From Sphaerochaetaceae bacterium (lineage in GTDB: Bacteria > Spirochaetota > Spirochaetia > Sphaerochaetales > Sphaerochaetaceae), in assembly GCA_050950065.1 (NCBI GenBank), contig JBMNGX010000005.1, forward strand, positions 30,957 to 94,956: a stretch of 64,000 bases of DNA. Direction: 5' to 3'. This document shows, in pieces, positions 27,596 through 37,704 of this stretch. Position numbers and translations under genes: made by a program. Numbering within the stretch: the stretch's first letter is position 1; every line of letters begins with the position of its first letter. The notes beneath the pieces were generated by a model. That model was not told the origin of the DNA and made no database searches. It saw only the letters and a list, made by a program, of their open reading frames with translations.

Positions 27596-28970
27596 ATGAA
27601 ACGGATACTAATTCAAAACGCCCTTTTAATAGATTCCCTTTTTCAAAAAAGAGGGGATCTTTTAATTGAAGGGGAGAAGATTAAAAGAATAGCTGCCAAA
27701 ATAGAACTTACAACATTACCTAATGAGACAACTGTTGTTGATGCAAGCAACTTAATTGTGATGCCAGCAGTTATAGATGCGCACACCCACTACCACTTAG
27801 TTTCTCGTAACAGTGTCACAGCTGACTCCTTTTATGATGGTTCGAAGTTAGCTGCCTTTGGTGGGGTAACAACAGTAATAGACTTTGCTGATCACGATAA
27901 AAGTTTATCACTTTTAGAAAATGGGAAAGTTCGTATTTCAGAGATGGAAAAAGAGATGGCAATCGACTTTGCCCTTCATCAAGGTGTTTACAAAGTAACT
28001 GACACCATTGAAACAGAGCTAAAAGAGTTAGTTGATTACGGAATAAGTGCAATTAAAATTTTCACCACTTACAAAGATGTTGGTTATTTAATTGAAATTG
28101 ACCTTTTAAAAAAGCTTTTTGAAGCAGCTAAAAAAGAGAAAGCTCTTATTACAGCTCACTGTGAAGATGATTTAGTAATACAAGAGAGTTTGAAAAATTA
28201 CAAAGGGGATTTTAATATTAAAGATCACCCTCTTTTAAGACCCTCAATTGCTGAAGCGAAAGCTATTTTACAACTTGGCAAGTTAGCTAAAGAATCTGAT
28301 AGCCCTTTGTATGTGGTCCACCTCTCTAGTGAAGCAGGTTTAGAAGCGGTTAGAGAACTAAGAAAAGAGGGGGTAAAGGTGGTAGTTGAAACAACGCCAC
28401 ACTACCTCTTCTTAGATAACTTCTTATTTAGAGAAAGAGGATGGATCATTATATTTAATGACACCCCCTTTACGAGAGCCAAGTGATAACAAAGCTCTTC
28501 AAGAGGCTTTAAACAATGATGAAATAGATATTGTAGCTACCGATCACTGCTCTTTTAGTAAAGAGCAAAAACAACTTAGTAGTGATTGCCGTTATGTGCT
28601 TCCTGGAATACCAGGTAGTGAAGAGCTCTTTTCTCTAATCTTCACCCATTTTGATAAAGATTATAAAAAGGTTGTAGAACTTTTAAGTAGCAACGTTGCA
28701 AAAGCTTTTGGCCTTTATCCTGAAAAAGGCTCTTTAGAAGTTGGAACAGATGCTGATTTAATCTTAGTCGATCCTAAAGCAAGCTACACAATTAGTAGCT
28801 CTACTGTTCACTCTAAAGCTAACTATTCCCCGTACGATACTTTTAAAGTAAAAGGAAAAATTGTCCAAACATACCTAAGGGGAAAACTGATAGTTGATAA
28901 TTCAACTTTCCTAGGAGAAAAAGGAGAAGGGAAGTTTGTAAAAGCTAAAGTCTCTTCAGCTTTTAGGTAG
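27596..28970 (+). pseudogene. dihydropyrimidinase/D-hydantoinase-like cyclic amidohydrolase, split by a single +1 frame change near 28418-28424
   Basis: N-terminal part (27596-28486) carries DAHTHY, the IKIF..YK lysine, HCED and VVHLSS. The C-terminal part continues in the next frame, open from 28416 (SYLEKEDGSLYLMTPPLRE...ATDHCSF). Both halves together make one normal-length enzyme. Confidence 0.8.
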
Positions 28971-29783
28971 ATACATTTTACTAATAATAAACTCTGCGAC
29001 AAAGTCAGGAAGCAACCTCTTTAAAAACATCAGTAGTTTATAACTAAATCCCACAGCAACTCTGATAGGGGGATTTTTCTTTAGTGAGAGGGTGTAAATA
29101 ACTTTAGCAACCTTAGTGGGACTATAACCACTTTGTTCATCGTGTGCCATTTTATCAACAGACTTTTTCCCTTGCTCTAAATAAACAGAACCTTTAGGAA
29201 AGGTTAAAGTTCTGTTGTTAGTGAAAGAAGTTTTTGTATCACCTGCTTCAACTATAGTTGCTTTAATGTTGAACTTTTTAGCTTCAATTCTAAGGGCCTC
29301 TACGTAAGCTTCTAAAGCAAACTTTGTGCTTGCATAATGACTTTGAAAGGGAATGCTAATTCTTCCTGCAATAGAGCCCAAAATAACTATTAAAGAGTTC
29401 TTTTCTTCTCTTAAGTAGGGTAAAAGGGCTCTATTTACTCTTAAAACCCCAAAGTAGTTGGTCTCAAATTGAGCTTTTACATCTGCAATGGGGGTGTCTT
29501 CAGCAGCACCAGCAATCCCATAACCTGCACAGTGAATCACTATAGAAACTTTAGCTAAACTTAACTCTTTTATCTCAGTTACTATTTGATCAACTGCAGA
29601 TTTTACTGATTGCTCATCAGTTACATCACAATTTACAAGATGGTGATTAACTGCCTCTCGTTTGTAAGAGGAGGCACTTCTACTAAGGGCCCAAACATTG
29701 TCCCCTTTTTGGCAAAAGTAGTTAACTACAGCTTTACCTATGCCACTAGTGCCCCCTGTTACTAAAACGCTTCGACTATCCAT
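28956..29783 (-). CDS. SDR-family oxidoreductase
   Basis: VLVTGGTSGIGKA Rossmann motif and catalytic YASTK. Confidence 0.8.
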   Translation of the reverse strand: MDSRSVLVTGGTSGIGKAVVNYFCQKGDNVWALSRSASSYKREAVNHHLVNCDVTDEQSVKSAVDQIVTEIKELSLAKVSIVIHCAGYGIAGAAEDTPIADVKAQFETNYFGVLRVNRALLPYLREEKNSLIVILGSIAGRISIPFQSHYASTKFALEAYVEALRIEAKKFNIKATIVEAGDTKTSFTNNRTLTFPKGSVYLEQGKKSVDKMAHDEQSGYSPTKVAKVIYTLSLKKNPPIRVAVGFSYKLLMFLKRLLPDFVAEFIISKMYLPKS

Positions 29784-30235
29784 TATTTATCCTTTTTTAA
29801 AAGGTCTCTGATTTCTGTTAATAAATCGATATCGGTGATGGGTGGGACTGTTGGTTCACTAACAACTTCTTCTATCTCTTGTTCTTTTCTTTTTAGTAGT
29901 TGCTCACTTTTTTCACGGAAGGTGTTAATAGATCTAATTAAGATAAAAACAACTAAAGCTATTAGAAGAAAGTCAATCACAGCTTGGATAAAGTTTCCGT
30001 AAGTGATAGCTAAAGCAGCTAAATCACCACTCTCTTTTCGAATAACTATTTTTAAGTCGGTAAAATTAATTCCACCAAGAACCATCCCAACTAAGGGCAT
30101 AATCACATCGTTAACTAAAGAGTTGACGATTTTAGTAAATGCAGAACCAATGATGATACCAACAGCCAAGTCGATAACACTTCCACGAGATATAAAGAGT
30201 TTAAACTCCTCAATAAAACCTTTTCTTTTTGCCAT
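29783..30235 (-). CDS. mscL: large-conductance mechanosensitive channel
   Basis: Start moved to the ATG at 30235, behind AAGGAG. MscL N-terminus (FKLFISRGSVIDLAVGIIIGSAF). Longer than usual charged C-terminal tail. Confidence 0.9.
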   Translation of the reverse strand: MAKRKGFIEEFKLFISRGSVIDLAVGIIIGSAFTKIVNSLVNDVIMPLVGMVLGGINFTDLKIVIRKESGDLAALAITYGNFIQAVIDFLLIALVVFILIRSINTFREKSEQLLKRKEQEIEEVVSEPTVPPITDIDLLTEIRDLLKKDK

Positions 30236-30350
30236 ATAATGCTCCTTTGATAGGGTAAATAGTATCACATTTTATTAAAAGTGACCCCACTTTCTTATTG
30301 TCCTAATTTTGTTGTATACTACACCGACAATTTAGCTAGGGGGAAACGAA

Positions 30351-31349
30351 ATGGCAAATGGGAAAAAGAGAATTCTAACAGGAGACCGGACAACAGGAAA
30401 ATTACACCTTGGTCACTATGTGGGGAGTCTCAAAAATAGGGTAGAGCTACAAGATAAATATGACACATTTATCTTATTAGCCGACATCCAAGCACTCACA
30501 ACCCACTTTGAACACCCTGAACTTTTAAATAGCTCTATTTACGATGTCGCTATTGATAACTTATCAGTGGGACTAGATCCTAATAAGGTGACCTTTATTC
30601 AACAATCACAAGTTAAATCGATTGCTGAAATTACCATATTCTACTCAATGTTGGTCAATGTGAATGCGTTAAGGCACAACCCAACAATTAAATCTGAAGC
30701 TGCTCAGTATGGGTATGAGGATATTACTTACGGCTTTTTAGGCTACCCAGTTAGCCAAACTGCCGATATCTCATTTTGTAATGCCCACTTAGTTCCAGTC
30801 GGTGCTGATCAAGTTCCCCACATTGAATTAGCCCGTAAGATTATTCGTAAGTTCAATAGCATGTACAACACAAACATTGTTGAACCTGAGGCTATCTTAA
30901 GCACAATTCCTCGCCTTCACGGCCTTGATGGGAGTGCAAAGATGAGTAAAAGTCGAGGCAATGCTATTTATCTTTCAGATAGTAAAGAGGAAGTGACTAA
31001 GAAGGTGATGAAAGCAGTTACCGATCCACAAAGGGTGACTATCGACATCCCAGGTCGTCCTGAGATTTGTAACGTTGGTCAGTACCACAAAATCTTCACT
31101 CCAGATCGGGTTGATGAGATTTGGGATCGCTGTCGTAAAGCAACGATTGGGTGTGTTGAGTGTAAAAGAATCTTAGCTGATAGCATCAACACCCTTTTAG
31201 AGCCCATCAGAGAGAAAAGGGCTTATTATGAGAACAACCTCGATTTAGTACGCGATATTATCAACACAGGAAGTCGCAAAGCTAATGAGATTGGTGATCA
31301 ACAAGTTGCAATGATGCGTGAGGCAATGCACCTAAATATTGGCAAATAG
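30351..31349 (+). CDS. trpS: tryptophan--tRNA ligase
   Basis: Class I signatures HLGHY and KMSKS; 332 aa. Confidence 0.9.
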   Translation: MANGKKRILTGDRTTGKLHLGHYVGSLKNRVELQDKYDTFILLADIQALTTHFEHPELLNSSIYDVAIDNLSVGLDPNKVTFIQQSQVKSIAEITIFYSMLVNVNALRHNPTIKSEAAQYGYEDITYGFLGYPVSQTADISFCNAHLVPVGADQVPHIELARKIIRKFNSMYNTNIVEPEAILSTIPRLHGLDGSAKMSKSRGNAIYLSDSKEEVTKKVMKAVTDPQRVTIDIPGRPEICNVGQYHKIFTPDRVDEIWDRCRKATIGCVECKRILADSINTLLEPIREKRAYYENNLDLVRDIINTGSRKANEIGDQQVAMMREAMHLNIGK

Positions 31350-31991
31350 ATGAAACGAGCTCTCATTTTAACTTTGCCAGTGGCAATGGGGTACATAGTT
31401 ATAGGTATAGCATTTGGCCTTTTGCTTGAAAAAGCTGGTTACAACTGGGTTTGGGCATTAGGCTCAAGTGTTTTTGTCTTAGCAGGTTCAATGCAGTTTG
31501 TCTTAGTTGGTCTACTGGCTCAACAAGTGCCTCTATATACAGTCTTAATCACAACTTTGTTGGTAAACTCGCGCCACCTTTTTTATGGTCTTTCATTTAT
31601 TGAACACTTTAAAAAAATGGATTGGCGCCGCTATTATATGATTTTCTCATTAACAGATGAAACATACGCTATTTTAACATCAACTGAAAAAGAGAGTGAG
31701 TTGATGTTTAAGATAGCTATATTAAATCAAACTTATTGGATTATTGGGTCGGTTTTGGGCTCTTTAATGGGCTCATTTATCCCCTTTAACACAGCTGGAG
31801 TTGAGTTTGCAATGAGTGCTTTATTTATTGTGATTGTAGTTGAACAGTGGTTTGATGAGAAAAATAGGGTAAGTTCAATAATTGGTTTTATTTGTGCAAT
31901 ATTAGCTTTATTAATTTTTGGCAGTGAACACTTTTTACTTGCAGCTTTAGGAGCAACATTAGTTGCCCTTTTATTAAGGATAGTTAAATGA
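31350..31991 (+). CDS. azlC: AzlC-family branched-chain amino acid exporter subunit
   Basis: 213-aa membrane protein. It is followed by an overlapping ~108-aa AzlD-like partner, the classic azlCD arrangement. Confidence 0.75.
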   Translation: MKRALILTLPVAMGYIVIGIAFGLLLEKAGYNWVWALGSSVFVLAGSMQFVLVGLLAQQVPLYTVLITTLLVNSRHLFYGLSFIEHFKKMDWRRYYMIFSLTDETYAILTSTEKESELMFKIAILNQTYWIIGSVLGSLMGSFIPFNTAGVEFAMSALFIVIVVEQWFDEKNRVSSIIGFICAILALLIFGSEHFLLAALGATLVALLLRIVK

Positions 31992-32314
31992 ACGTTCTTC
32001 ACTCATTTTTAATAGTTGCAGTCACTGCATTAGCCACCTTTGCAACTAGAGCAACCCCTTTTATCCTCTTTTCCCGCAAAGAGAGAGAAGTTCCCAAAGT
32101 TGTTTTAAGATTAAGTGACTTACTTCCCCCTGCAGTTATGGCAATATTGGTAGTTTATAGTTTAAAAGAGGTCTCTTTTAGTCACCTATCTTTGTGGGTA
32201 AAAGAACTTAGTGCAGCTTTAGTTACCCTCTTAATCCACCTTTATAAAAGAAACACCCTTTTGAGCATTTTAGTGGGAACTGTTTTGTATATGATCTTAG
32301 TTCAATATTTTTAA
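31988..32314 (+). CDS. azlD: AzlD-family exporter subunit
   Basis: 108-aa protein with about 4 predicted TM segments; 4-nt ATGA overlap with azlC. Confidence 0.7.
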   Translation: MNVLHSFLIVAVTALATFATRATPFILFSRKEREVPKVVLRLSDLLPPAVMAILVVYSLKEVSFSHLSLWVKELSAALVTLLIHLYKRNTLLSILVGTVLYMILVQYF

Positions 32315-32355
32315 GTTAGTTGCCCTCTTTGATGGAGGGGTGTATGATTTAAACC

Positions 32356-34578
32356 ATGATTAGAGAGCCTATTAAAAACTATGGATACAACTTTGTCCCC
32401 TCAGAGTATCTTAAAGAGGGCAAAGATGAGTACTACTTTCGTAACAAACAAATCGAAAGTTGGAATGCCACTTTTAGAAACTTAACTCAAAAAGAGATTG
32501 ATCAACTAGAAAATCAGAACAACGTCTGTGCCAATTGGAACGACTTTTTAGTTGAAGATCCAATTGATTTATCTTTAATAAGAAACAACTCTTTCTATGG
32601 GTTAGTACGTATTGGGTCGATGGAAAATTACACCATCACATACCACGACTTTTCCCTTCCTGAAGGTATTAGAGATAGTCATATCGTCTCGTGTGATATT
32701 GGACGTCACTGCTCAATTCACCGTGTCTCATACCTTGCCCACTACATAATCGATCCTCTTTGTATCTTAAGTGAAATTGATGAGATGAGTAGCACTAACC
32801 ACGCTAAGTTTGGCAATGGAATAGTGAAAGAAGGGGAAGCAGAAAAAGTTAGAATTTGGTTAAACGTAATTAACGAAACAGAGAGTAGACCTGTTTTACC
32901 CTTTGATGATTTAAGGGTCTCTGATGCTTATTTATGGTCTATTTACCGCGATTTTCCAAAGTTTTTAGAAAAGCTAAAAGAGTTTACCGAAAACCACTAC
33001 GATTTATCGTTGGGTTATTACGGAACGGTTGGAACACACTCAATTATTAAAGCTAGTAGAATTATTAAAGATGTTAAATTTGGTGAGTATGTCTATGTTA
33101 AAGGGGCAAATAAACTTAAAAACCTAACAGTTAAAAGTGATAAATCCTCCCCAAGTCAAATTGGAGAGGGGGTTGAACTAGTTAATGGAATTATTGGTTA
33201 TGGGTGTAGAATTTTCTACGGAGTGAAAGCAGTTCGTTTTGTGATGGGAAACAACAGCTACTTAAAATATGGAGCGCGCTTAATTAACTCAATGTTAGGA
33301 TCAAATTCTACAATTAGTTGTTGTGAAGTTTTAAATACTTTAGCATTTCCATTTCATGAACAACACCACAACAACTCATTTTTAATTGCCTCATTAGTGG
33401 AAGGTCAATCCAACATGGCAGCGGGTGCTACTATAGGATCTAATCACAACACCCGTAGCAACGATGGGGAGATGCATGCAAAAAGGGGCTTTTGGCCAGC
33501 TCTCTCCTCTTCAATTAAGTTTAACAGCAAGTTTGCTTCATTCACCTTAGTTACCAAAGGCGATTATCCTAACGAATTAGATATCCCCTTACCATTTTCA
33601 ATGGTTGGTTATAGTGAAGATACAAAGCAGGTGGCGATAATGCCTGCATACTGGTGGATGTACAACCGCTATGCTCTATCTCGCAACAGTGAAAAATTTA
33701 AAAATCGAGATAGAAGGGTCTTTGTGGATCAATATATTGAGACCGACTATTTAGCACCCGATACCTTTGAAGAGATTTTTAATGCCATTGATTTACTAAG
33801 TTTATGGGTGGGACAATCGGCTATAGATCAAAAAGTATTAAAACCAATTGATTCAAAAAATAAAGGTTTAATTACAAAAGAGGGTAGACTCTTATTAGAG
33901 ACCCATCCTGAACAAGTTGATAACCTAAGAGTTTGTGCTCCAAATATTGAACGTTCGGGAAATGATGCATTAGTTTTAAAAGCAAGTGAAGGGTACCAAG
34001 CGTATAAAGAGATGATTGTCTTTGGTGCAATGAGAGCTTTGTTGACCTATTTCTCACAAGATAATCTCTCATTAGAACAATTTCAAGATGAGACAATCAG
34101 TTGGCTACAAAGTAGCAGGATCAACCGCCTTGCAGTTATGAATCCCTTTGTCAATTTGGGTGGAATGCCAGTTTCTGAACATCTAATAATTGATTTAATC
34201 AACCAAGTTGAAGAGGGCAAAATAGTAGGTTGGGATGAACTTCATAATCATGTAGATAGCTGGGCTGATCAATACGATAAAGTTAAAGCAATTATTTCAC
34301 TACAATCTTTACAAAAATTAACTAGAGTAGCAACCTTAGAAAAAGAGAATTGGGATTATCTACTACGCTACTTTATTCAACTTTGTGACTCTTATGAAAA
34401 AGAGGTTTTAAAATCTCGCAAAAAAGATTTTGAAAACCCCTTTAGTAAAATGGTGTATCGCAACAACAAGGAGATGGAGGCAGTTTTAGGGAGTGTTGAA
34501 CAAAATAGTTTTATTATTTCAACACGCCAAAAGATGGAAGAATTGCGCCAATTAGCCCGTAGCTTTGCGACTGGTTAA
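32356..34578 (+). CDS. large uncharacterised protein with a left-handed beta-helix-like core (resembles the DUF4954 family)
   Basis: 740 aa. The central region has hexapeptide-like periodicity (IGEGVELVNGIIGYGCRIFYGVKAVRFVMGNNSYLKYGARLINSMLGSNSTIS) and a GATIGSNHNTRSNDGEMHAKRGFWP motif. The C-terminus is helical. Family assignment is from memory, not a search. Confidence 0.55.
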   Translation: MIREPIKNYGYNFVPSEYLKEGKDEYYFRNKQIESWNATFRNLTQKEIDQLENQNNVCANWNDFLVEDPIDLSLIRNNSFYGLVRIGSMENYTITYHDFSLPEGIRDSHIVSCDIGRHCSIHRVSYLAHYIIDPLCILSEIDEMSSTNHAKFGNGIVKEGEAEKVRIWLNVINETESRPVLPFDDLRVSDAYLWSIYRDFPKFLEKLKEFTENHYDLSLGYYGTVGTHSIIKASRIIKDVKFGEYVYVKGANKLKNLTVKSDKSSPSQIGEGVELVNGIIGYGCRIFYGVKAVRFVMGNNSYLKYGARLINSMLGSNSTISCCEVLNTLAFPFHEQHHNNSFLIASLVEGQSNMAAGATIGSNHNTRSNDGEMHAKRGFWPALSSSIKFNSKFASFTLVTKGDYPNELDIPLPFSMVGYSEDTKQVAIMPAYWWMYNRYALSRNSEKFKNRDRRVFVDQYIETDYLAPDTFEEIFNAIDLLSLWVGQSAIDQKVLKPIDSKNKGLITKEGRLLLETHPEQVDNLRVCAPNIERSGNDALVLKASEGYQAYKEMIVFGAMRALLTYFSQDNLSLEQFQDETISWLQSSRINRLAVMNPFVNLGGMPVSEHLIIDLINQVEEGKIVGWDELHNHVDSWADQYDKVKAIISLQSLQKLTRVATLEKENWDYLLRYFIQLCDSYEKEVLKSRKKDFENPFSKMVYRNNKEMEAVLGSVEQNSFIISTRQKMEELRQLARSFATG

Positions 34579-34598
34579 AGTTGTGTTACATTATAGGC

Positions 34599-35714
34599 AT
34601 GAGGGAATTTAAATACGAAGTGCCAAAATTTGAGATGCGCCTTTCTACTGTTTTTAGTGACGAATTGATTAAAGGAGTCCTAGAAGCAGATAGCGCTATG
34701 AATAGACAACTACTTACTAATGCCTCTTTCAAAAAAGAGGTGGCCTATACCCTTGAAAAGTCACTTAACGGGTATACTAAGCCCTATTTATATGAATTAG
34801 CATTAGATCACAACTTAACTCTTCCTAAATCTATTCAAAAGAGAGAATTGATCGAAAAACTAGCAAAAAGAATCGAAAGTAGATTTGAGCAGATGCTCCC
34901 CTATCTTCCCAAGTTGAACTTAGAATTTCTAAGTCGCTTTATAGGGAGGAAAAGGGCAATAACACTTAGTTTAGAAGAGTTGCAATTTAGAGATATCTCC
35001 CATGCACACAACTTTGGATTTTTATATCTCTACCATGATAAAAAAGGATTTAAAGCAGTAGTTCCTCACGAGCTTGTTGAAAAGCTTGATCTTTTAAGAG
35101 ATAAAAAGCTTTGGGAAAGGGCCTCTTTAAATCAAAGAATTGATGCCTATGCAGTCTCTCTTTCCAATCTCTATGGGGTATTAGACATTGATCAGTTTGC
35201 CCTAATTTGGAATAAATTTGAAAAAGAGACCTTAACACCAGCGATGGCTCAAGATGAGTTGTTTGAACTCTCTAAAGCTCAATACTACTGGTGGTTTGAT
35301 GATGAGTTAATTATCTCTTCGTTCTTTGAAAAGTATGAAGAAGTTGAACATTTCTTACTTAAAGTGAGAGAGGTGCCTTACTACATCCCAAATCGTGATG
35401 AGCTAGTTGAGTACTTTAGAAACCCATATGCTCAAGACTCTTCTGCAGTAAGTGAGATGGTTGAGTTTTTAAAAGGGTATGAGATTGCCAATGAAGATCA
35501 CGTTATCGATTTAGTAGAGGAGATTACCGACTCTTGTATTGTGGGTAATGGGATGCAAGATGCCTTTAACTTACTTAACGAGTACGAAGTGCTTCTAAAT
35601 GGGATGGAAGAAATTAACCGCTTCACCCAACTCTACGTTCAAATGAACGACTCTTGTCGTAAATGGGAGTTAAGGGGACACACCCCAAACGCACTTAAAA
35701 AGCGAAATCGTTAA
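34599..35714 (+). CDS. hypothetical helical protein, likely co-transcribed with the beta-helix protein
   Basis: ORF open from 34581; first ATG at 34599, 20 nt after the upstream stop. No recognisable motif and a weak RBS, so the exact start is uncertain. Confidence 0.5.
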   Translation: MREFKYEVPKFEMRLSTVFSDELIKGVLEADSAMNRQLLTNASFKKEVAYTLEKSLNGYTKPYLYELALDHNLTLPKSIQKRELIEKLAKRIESRFEQMLPYLPKLNLEFLSRFIGRKRAITLSLEELQFRDISHAHNFGFLYLYHDKKGFKAVVPHELVEKLDLLRDKKLWERASLNQRIDAYAVSLSNLYGVLDIDQFALIWNKFEKETLTPAMAQDELFELSKAQYYWWFDDELIISSFFEKYEEVEHFLLKVREVPYYIPNRDELVEYFRNPYAQDSSAVSEMVEFLKGYEIANEDHVIDLVEEITDSCIVGNGMQDAFNLLNEYEVLLNGMEEINRFTQLYVQMNDSCRKWELRGHTPNALKKRNR

Positions 35715-35732
35715 AATACACCTATAGCACTA

Positions 35733-35771
35733 TTTGTCAATATTGACAAAACCTAGTAAATTGTAATAATA
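35733..35771 (+). promoter_or_regulatory. candidate fab promoter overlapped by an 18-bp perfect palindrome (TTTGTCAATATTGACAAA)
   Basis: Palindrome at 35733-35750 contains TTGACA (35743-35748). TGtAATAAT at 35762-35770 gives 16-nt spacing. fabH ATG is at 35792, behind AGGAG. Confidence 0.5.
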
Positions 35772-35791
35772 AGATTGCTTAGGAGTGCTAT

Positions 35792-36778
35792 ATGGTTTTG
35801 AAAAACGTAACAATTGAAGCAGTTGGTGCATACCTCCCCCCTAAAAAAGTAACTAACGACGATTTAGCAAAAACAATAGATACAAGCGATGAGTGGATTT
35901 TTTCCCACACAGGGATAAAGTCGCGTCACTTAGCTGAAAGGGATGTTGCAACTAGCGACTTAGCTACCGAATCGGTAAGAAACCTCTTCTCTAAATATAA
36001 CGTGAACCCAAGTGAAATTGGGGCAATCATCGTAGCAACAGCAACCCAAGACTATATTGGATTTCCAGCAACTGCTTGTGTTGTTCAAGATAAACTTAAT
36101 TTAAATAAAATCCCCGCTTTTGATATCGCAGCAGGATGCACTGGCTTTATCTACGCCTTAGAAGTTGGTAGGGCTATGGTTGCCTCCTCTTCAATTCCTT
36201 CTGCTTTAATCATTGGAAGTGAAAAACTCTCAGCAGTAGTTGATTGGAATGATCGTAACAGTTGTGTCTTGTTTGGCGATGGGGCAGCGAGTGTTTTAAT
36301 TAAAAGTAGTGAAGATAACAATCGAGGGATTATAGATACAATTATGTATGCTGAAGGTAGTGGAGCCCACTATCTTAAAATTCCCCAAGGGGGAACTCAG
36401 AAACCTTATGATCCTCTTAGTAGCAGCCAAACAAAATTACAAATGGAGGGGCGCTCTGTTTATAACTTCGCTGTAAAAGTTTTAACAGAGGTTATTTTAG
36501 AGCTTTTAGAGCGCAACAACTTAACAATTGATCAAATTGATTGGATAGTTCCCCACCAAGCAAACAGTCGAATCATAACAGCTGCTGCTAACCGTTTAAA
36601 AATAGATCAACAAAAATTCTTTATAAACATCGATGAGCATGCCAACACATCGGCAGCCTCAATTCCAATAGCACTTAATGAGATGGTTGAAAAGAACATC
36701 CTTAACAAAGGGGATTTAGTTATGACGATTGGCTTTGGTGCTGGTCTAACTTATGGAGGGAATTTAATAAAATGGTAA
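35792..36778 (+). CDS. fabH: 3-oxoacyl-ACP synthase III
   Basis: Active-site Cys context (AAGCTGFIYAL), HQAN and a C-terminal GFGAGLTYG. Confidence 0.9.
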   Translation: MVLKNVTIEAVGAYLPPKKVTNDDLAKTIDTSDEWIFSHTGIKSRHLAERDVATSDLATESVRNLFSKYNVNPSEIGAIIVATATQDYIGFPATACVVQDKLNLNKIPAFDIAAGCTGFIYALEVGRAMVASSSIPSALIIGSEKLSAVVDWNDRNSCVLFGDGAASVLIKSSEDNNRGIIDTIMYAEGSGAHYLKIPQGGTQKPYDPLSSSQTKLQMEGRSVYNFAVKVLTEVILELLERNNLTIDQIDWIVPHQANSRIITAAANRLKIDQQKFFINIDEHANTSAASIPIALNEMVEKNILNKGDLVMTIGFGAGLTYGGNLIKW

Positions 36779-37704
36779 AATTCAGCGCCTGTTTTCCTGG
36801 TCAAGGATCACAAAAAAAGATGATGGCAATCGATTTGTACAACAACAGTAAGAGTGTTAGAGAGCTTTTTGAGTTAGCTAGTGATGCAACAAAGATTGAT
36901 GTCTACTCTCTTTTAGCCTCCTCTGATGAATCAACTTTGCAACGAACTGAAAATACCCAAGTTGCTATCACTGTCGCCAATAGAAGTGTTGCCACTGTTT
37001 TAAAAGAGGGGGGAATTACTTTTAGTAGCACAGCAGGATTTTCCTTAGGGGAACTCTCTGCCTATGCTGAAGCTAAAGTAATAGGTGAAAAAGAGCTTTT
37101 CGAGATAGTTAAAACAAGAGGGATTTTAATGGCAGAGGCCTCTAAAAATAACCAAGAGGTTGGAATGGCTGCTGTTGTTGGAATAGGTTTTGATAAAGTT
37201 AACCACCTTTTAAAAGCCTCAGGGGCAGAGAATCTTTATTTATCAAATGACAACAGCCCTTATCAGGTGGTGATAGCTGGTTATAGTAGTGAGATTGAAC
37301 GTTATACAGAGCTACTTAAAAAAGAGGGGGCTAAAAGGGTAATCACTTTAAGAGTCTCAGGGCCTTTTCACACCCCCTATATGCAAACTTCGCAAAATGA
37401 GTTTGCCTCCTTTTTAGAAGATTATACATTTAGCGATGCTCAAATTCCCCTCTACTTAAATGTCACAGGAGAATTAGAAAAAGAGGGAAATAAGATAAAG
37501 CAAAGTGCAATCAAACAACTTACCCAGGCAGTAAGGTGGACATCTATTATGCAAAAGGTGGTTGAAGATAACAACGTCGATGTTGCTTTAGAGGTGGGAC
37601 CTGGGAAAGTTTTAAATGGGCTTTGGAAAAATAGTGGGCAAAGTGTTGAGTGCCACTCACTAGAATCTTACGACGAGATACAAAAATTTATTGAGGAATT
37701 ATAA
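36772..37704 (+). CDS. fabD: malonyl-CoA--ACP transacylase
   Basis: FPGQGSQ and the GFSLGE active-site serine motif. Confidence 0.9.
   Translation: MVKFSACFPGQGSQKKMMAIDLYNNSKSVRELFELASDATKIDVYSLLASSDESTLQRTENTQVAITVANRSVATVLKEGGITFSSTAGFSLGELSAYAEAKVIGEKELFEIVKTRGILMAEASKNNQEVGMAAVVGIGFDKVNHLLKASGAENLYLSNDNSPYQVVIAGYSSEIERYTELLKKEGAKRVITLRVSGPFHTPYMQTSQNEFASFLEDYTFSDAQIPLYLNVTGELEKEGNKIKQSAIKQLTQAVRWTSIMQKVVEDNNVDVALEVGPGKVLNGLWKNSGQSVECHSLESYDEIQKFIEEL

Noticed and set aside
30236-30350. Possible T-box leader upstream of trpS
   Set aside because: The 115-nt gap is too short for a T-box (typically over 200 nt), and no AGGGTGGNACCGCG-like T-box sequence is present.
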